A stretch of 64,000 bases of DNA from assembly GCA_963691765.1 (NCBI GenBank), contig OY829375.1; one strand, written 5' to 3'. Below the pieces are notes generated by a model. The model saw only the letters and a list, made by a program, of their open reading frames with translations, was not told the DNA's origin and made no database searches. Shown here piece by piece: positions 61,077 to 64,000 of this stretch; within the stretch, counting starts at the first letter, position 1; every line of letters starts with the position of its first letter. The position numbers were made by a program, and so were the translations under genes. The stretch comes from Ekhidna sp. GTDB lineage: Bacteria; Bacteroidota; Bacteroidia; Cytophagales; Cyclobacteriaceae.

Positions 61077-64000
61077 GTGAAGTATCCTGAATATAAAAAA
61101 GTCAGCTATTCAGAAATAGCCAAATCCGTTCAAAAATTTTGGGAGGATAATGGGATTTTTGATCAATCAGTGACTACTCGAGAAGGTAATGACACATTCA
61201 CCTTCTACGAAGGGCCACCATCTGCAAATGGTACACCTGGTATACACCATGTGATGGCTCGTACGGTAAAGGATATCTTTTGCAGATATAAAACGCTTCA
61301 AGGATATCAAGTAAAAAGAAAAGGTGGATGGGATACGCACGGTCTACCTGTGGAGCTCCAAGTTGAAAAAGAACTCGGCATCACCAAAGATGATATTGGC
61401 AAAAAGATTTCCGTTGAAGAATACAATGCCAAGTGTCGGGAAGCAGTAATGAAATTCAAAAGTGAGTGGGATGAACTTACTCGCCAGATGGGTTACTGGG
61501 TTGACCTGGACAACCCATATGTCACGTTTGAGAAAGAATACATTGAGTCTGTTTGGAATCTCCTCAAGCGACTATACGATAAAGATCTTCTTTATAAGGG
61601 TTATACCGTACAACCTTATTCTCCTGCGGCAGGGACTGGACTAAGTTCTCATGAGCTTAACCAGCCAGGCACTTATCGAGATGTCAAAGACACCTCTGTC
61701 ATTGCTCAGTTTAAAGTGAAGAATAATGATCGATCATCTTTCCTTTTCGAAAATGAGGGTGAGGATGTGAGAATTATAGCATGGACAACTACTCCATGGA
61801 CACTTCCATCTAACTGTGCACTCGCTATTGGTGAAAAAATAACTTACGTAAAAGTTAAAACCTTCAATCAATATTCACATGAACCTGTTTCAGTGATTCT
61901 TGCAAAGGATCTTGTAGGTAAGTACTTCTCAGAAAAAGCAAAAGATTTATCCCTTAGCGATTACAAATCTGGTGATAAGCTCATTCCTTTTGAGATCACC
62001 CAAGAATTCAAGGGGAAAGACATTCTCGAAGTAAGGTATGAGCAATTAATGCCATACGTCACCAACCAAGAACTGGAAGAAAAGGCATTTAGAGTTATCC
62101 CTGGAGATTTCGTATCTACAGATGATGGTACAGGGATTGTGCACACAGCATCAGTCTTTGGAGCGGATGACTTTAGAGTCAATCAACAAGCTGGCGTGCC
62201 ATCAGTAATGATCAAGGATGAGAAAGGAAAAGACCTGCCTCTAGTTGACAAACAAGGGCGCTTCGTTAAAGAGATCACTGACTTTGCAGGCTATTTTGTC
62301 AAAGAAGAATATTACAGCGATGAAGAAAGGAGTAATCCAGACTTCAAGCCAACGGATGTTCTCATTGCTATCAAGCTGAAAGAAGATAATAAGGCGTTCA
62401 AAGTTGAAAAATATGTACACTCCTACCCACACTGTTGGAGAACCGATAAACCGGTGCTGTACTATCCATTAGACTCTTGGTTTATTAAAACCACTGCTCT
62501 GAAGGATAGACTGGTAGATTTAAACAAAACAATAAACTGGAAACCGGCTTCAACCGGAACAGGACGCTTTGGCAACTGGCTTGAAAACCTGGTAGATTGG
62601 AACTTAAGTAGATCTAGATTTTGGGGAACTCCTCTACCGATCTGGGTGACAGAAGATCGTAGTGAAATGAAGTGCATTGGCAGTATTGAAGAACTTCAGA
62701 ATGAAGTTCATAAGTCTGCTGAAGCTGGTTTCATGAATGCAGACCTTCCAGAAGACTTTGATTTGCATAGACCTTATGTAGATGATGTAATTCTGGTAAG
62801 CGAATCAGGACAGAAAATGATGAGAGAGCCAGACCTTATCGATGTCTGGTTTGATTCAGGAGCGATGCCATATGCTCAATGGCATTATCCTTTTGAAAAC
62901 GAAGAAACTTACAAGTCAAACTACCCTGCTGACTTCATTGCAGAAGGTGTTGACCAAACAAGGGGTTGGTTCTTTACTTTACATGCAATTGCCGTTTTGC
63001 TGAATGATAGTGTGGCATATAAAAATGTAATTGCGAATGGATTAGTTCTTGATAAAAATGGCAACAAAATGTCCAAACGATTGGGTAATGCCATCAATCC
63101 ATTCGAGACGTTAGATCAATACGGAGCTGACCCAACACGTTGGTATATGATTGCCAATGCAAACCCTTGGGACAATTTGAAATTTGATCTCGAAGGTGTT
63201 GCCGAGGTTCAACGTAAGTTTTTTGGAACGCTGACCAACACTTATTCCTTCTTTGCTCTTTATGCAAATTTGGATGGCTTCCAAATGGATGAGATGAATG
63301 TAACTCCGATTGCAGATCGTCCAAGGTTTGACCGCTGGATACTTTCTGAACTTCAAATTTTAGTTAAGGATGTTACTTCATTTTATGAAGACTACGAACC
63401 AACAAAGGCAGCAAGAGCGATTCAAGATTTTGTGAATGATCAGCTATCCAACTGGTATGTTCGGTTATCAAGAAAACGGTTCTGGAGAAGTGAGCTTAAT
63501 GCGGACAAAAAAGCTGCATATGAAACGCTCTATGAATGCTTGATGGTGGCTTCACAGCTAATGAGTCCAATTGCACCATTTTACTCTGATTGGCTATATA
63601 AAAACCTTTCTGATGGAATCAGAGAAGCAGCAAATAAGAATGATACGCCTCTCAAACACGAGTCTGTTCATTTGAGCCAATTGACTGTTTCGGACGAGAG
63701 TAAAGTAGATCAAAAGTTGACTGAGAGCATGCATTTTGCTCAAAACATCTCTTCGTTGGTACACTCGCTGAGAAAGAAAGAAAAAATCAAGGTTAGACAG
63801 CCATTGCAAAAAGTATTGATCCCAATACTAAAGTCAGAAGTGAAGGAGCGAATAGAGGCTGTTGAAGAGTTGATTAAAACAGAAATCAACGTAAAGGAAG
63901 TAGAATATGTAGACGATGCTTCAGGAATATTGGTGAAAAACATCAAGCCAAATTTCAGAAAATTAGGACAAGAATATGGACCTAAAATGAAAGCTATTTC
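61077..64000 (+). CDS. ileS: isoleucine--tRNA ligase (type 2), 3' end outside window
   Basis: Absent from the ORF track because it is open at the edge. The GTG at 61077 is the first possible start after the in-frame TAG at 61050. The HIGH region is FTFYEGPPSANGTPGIHHVMARTVKD and the KMSKS region is NGNKMSKRLGNA (about 63060). The frame stays open to 64000. Confidence 0.93.
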   Translation, partial: MKYPEYKKVSYSEIAKSVQKFWEDNGIFDQSVTTREGNDTFTFYEGPPSANGTPGIHHVMARTVKDIFCRYKTLQGYQVKRKGGWDTHGLPVELQVEKELGITKDDIGKKISVEEYNAKCREAVMKFKSEWDELTRQMGYWVDLDNPYVTFEKEYIESVWNLLKRLYDKDLLYKGYTVQPYSPAAGTGLSSHELNQPGTYRDVKDTSVIAQFKVKNNDRSSFLFENEGEDVRIIAWTTTPWTLPSNCALAIGEKITYVKVKTFNQYSHEPVSVILAKDLVGKYFSEKAKDLSLSDYKSGDKLIPFEITQEFKGKDILEVRYEQLMPYVTNQELEEKAFRVIPGDFVSTDDGTGIVHTASVFGADDFRVNQQAGVPSVMIKDEKGKDLPLVDKQGRFVKEITDFAGYFVKEEYYSDEERSNPDFKPTDVLIAIKLKEDNKAFKVEKYVHSYPHCWRTDKPVLYYPLDSWFIKTTALKDRLVDLNKTINWKPASTGTGRFGNWLENLVDWNLSRSRFWGTPLPIWVTEDRSEMKCIGSIEELQNEVHKSAEAGFMNADLPEDFDLHRPYVDDVILVSESGQKMMREPDLIDVWFDSGAMPYAQWHYPFENEETYKSNYPADFIAEGVDQTRGWFFTLHAIAVLLNDSVAYKNVIANGLVLDKNGNKMSKRLGNAINPFETLDQYGADPTRWYMIANANPWDNLKFDLEGVAEVQRKFFGTLTNTYSFFALYANLDGFQMDEMNVTPIADRPRFDRWILSELQILVKDVTSFYEDYEPTKAARAIQDFVNDQLSNWYVRLSRKRFWRSELNADKKAAYETLYECLMVASQLMSPIAPFYSDWLYKNLSDGIREAANKNDTPLKHESVHLSQLTVSDESKVDQKLTESMHFAQNISSLVHSLRKKEKIKVRQPLQKVLIPILKSEVKERIEAVEELIKTEINVKEVEYVDDASGILVKNIKPNFRKLGQEYGPKMKAI

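Noticed and set aside
1-64000. CRISPR arrays, rRNA genes, IS elements/transposases, prophage or restriction-modification/toxin-antitoxin modules
   Set aside because: No regularly spaced direct repeats were seen. No transposase, integrase (other than XerC), phage-structural, methyltransferase-nuclease or small paired toxin/antitoxin ORFs were found on either strand.

Overview
AT-rich chromosomal segment of a Bacteroidota-type genome. Supporting signs are a SusC/SusD pair, a hybrid two-component regulator, a T9SS C-terminal sorting domain, many lipoprotein signals, TAnnTTTG -7 promoter boxes and few Shine-Dalgarno sites. It holds about 50 densely packed genes. I saw no rRNA, CRISPR array, IS element or prophage. 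Layout: (1) 1-20.3 kb is a carbohydrate block. It contains the gntK-gnd-gntP gluconate operon, a SusC/SusD/FG-GAP-ASPIC lipoprotein operon and an HTCS regulator. It also contains a periplasmic GH3 beta-glucosidase translationally coupled to an SMP-30-type lactonase, and a T9SS-secreted EEP-fold enzyme. (2) 20.3-24.5 kb holds tRNA-Leu(TAA), tRNA-Gly(GCC), mutS and a SpoU-type methyltransferase. (3) 25-39.7 kb is a metal/iron-type accessory block. It contains ferritin and two TonB-dependent receptor operons (DUF4856-imelysin-HTTM-TBDR-CxxCH lipoprotein, and TBDR-HmuY-like-unknown). It also contains two loci of small Cys-containing unknown proteins and an orphan NarL/LuxR-type response regulator. 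Six copies of a 19-bp palindrome, ATTTAGAAT-N-ATTCTAAAT, sit on the promoters of all of these. (4) 39.7-64 kb is housekeeping: fumC, map, a ClC channel, a thioredoxin-like pair, hpf-xerC-rpsU, acyl-CoA dehydrogenase, ugd, a Kef-type antiporter, glyS, an M90-like peptidase, dgt, MFS, an RND/MMPL exporter and ileS (3' end outside the window). The two most interesting observations are these. First, the palindrome defines a local regulon around the uncharacterised HTTM/imelysin/DUF4856 uptake system. Second, a 30-nt element with identical 27-nt spacing to a -7-like box lies upstream of both the susC operon and the gluconate operon. Several ORF-track starts are TTG/GTG extensions; I moved them to the first plausible ATG where noted.
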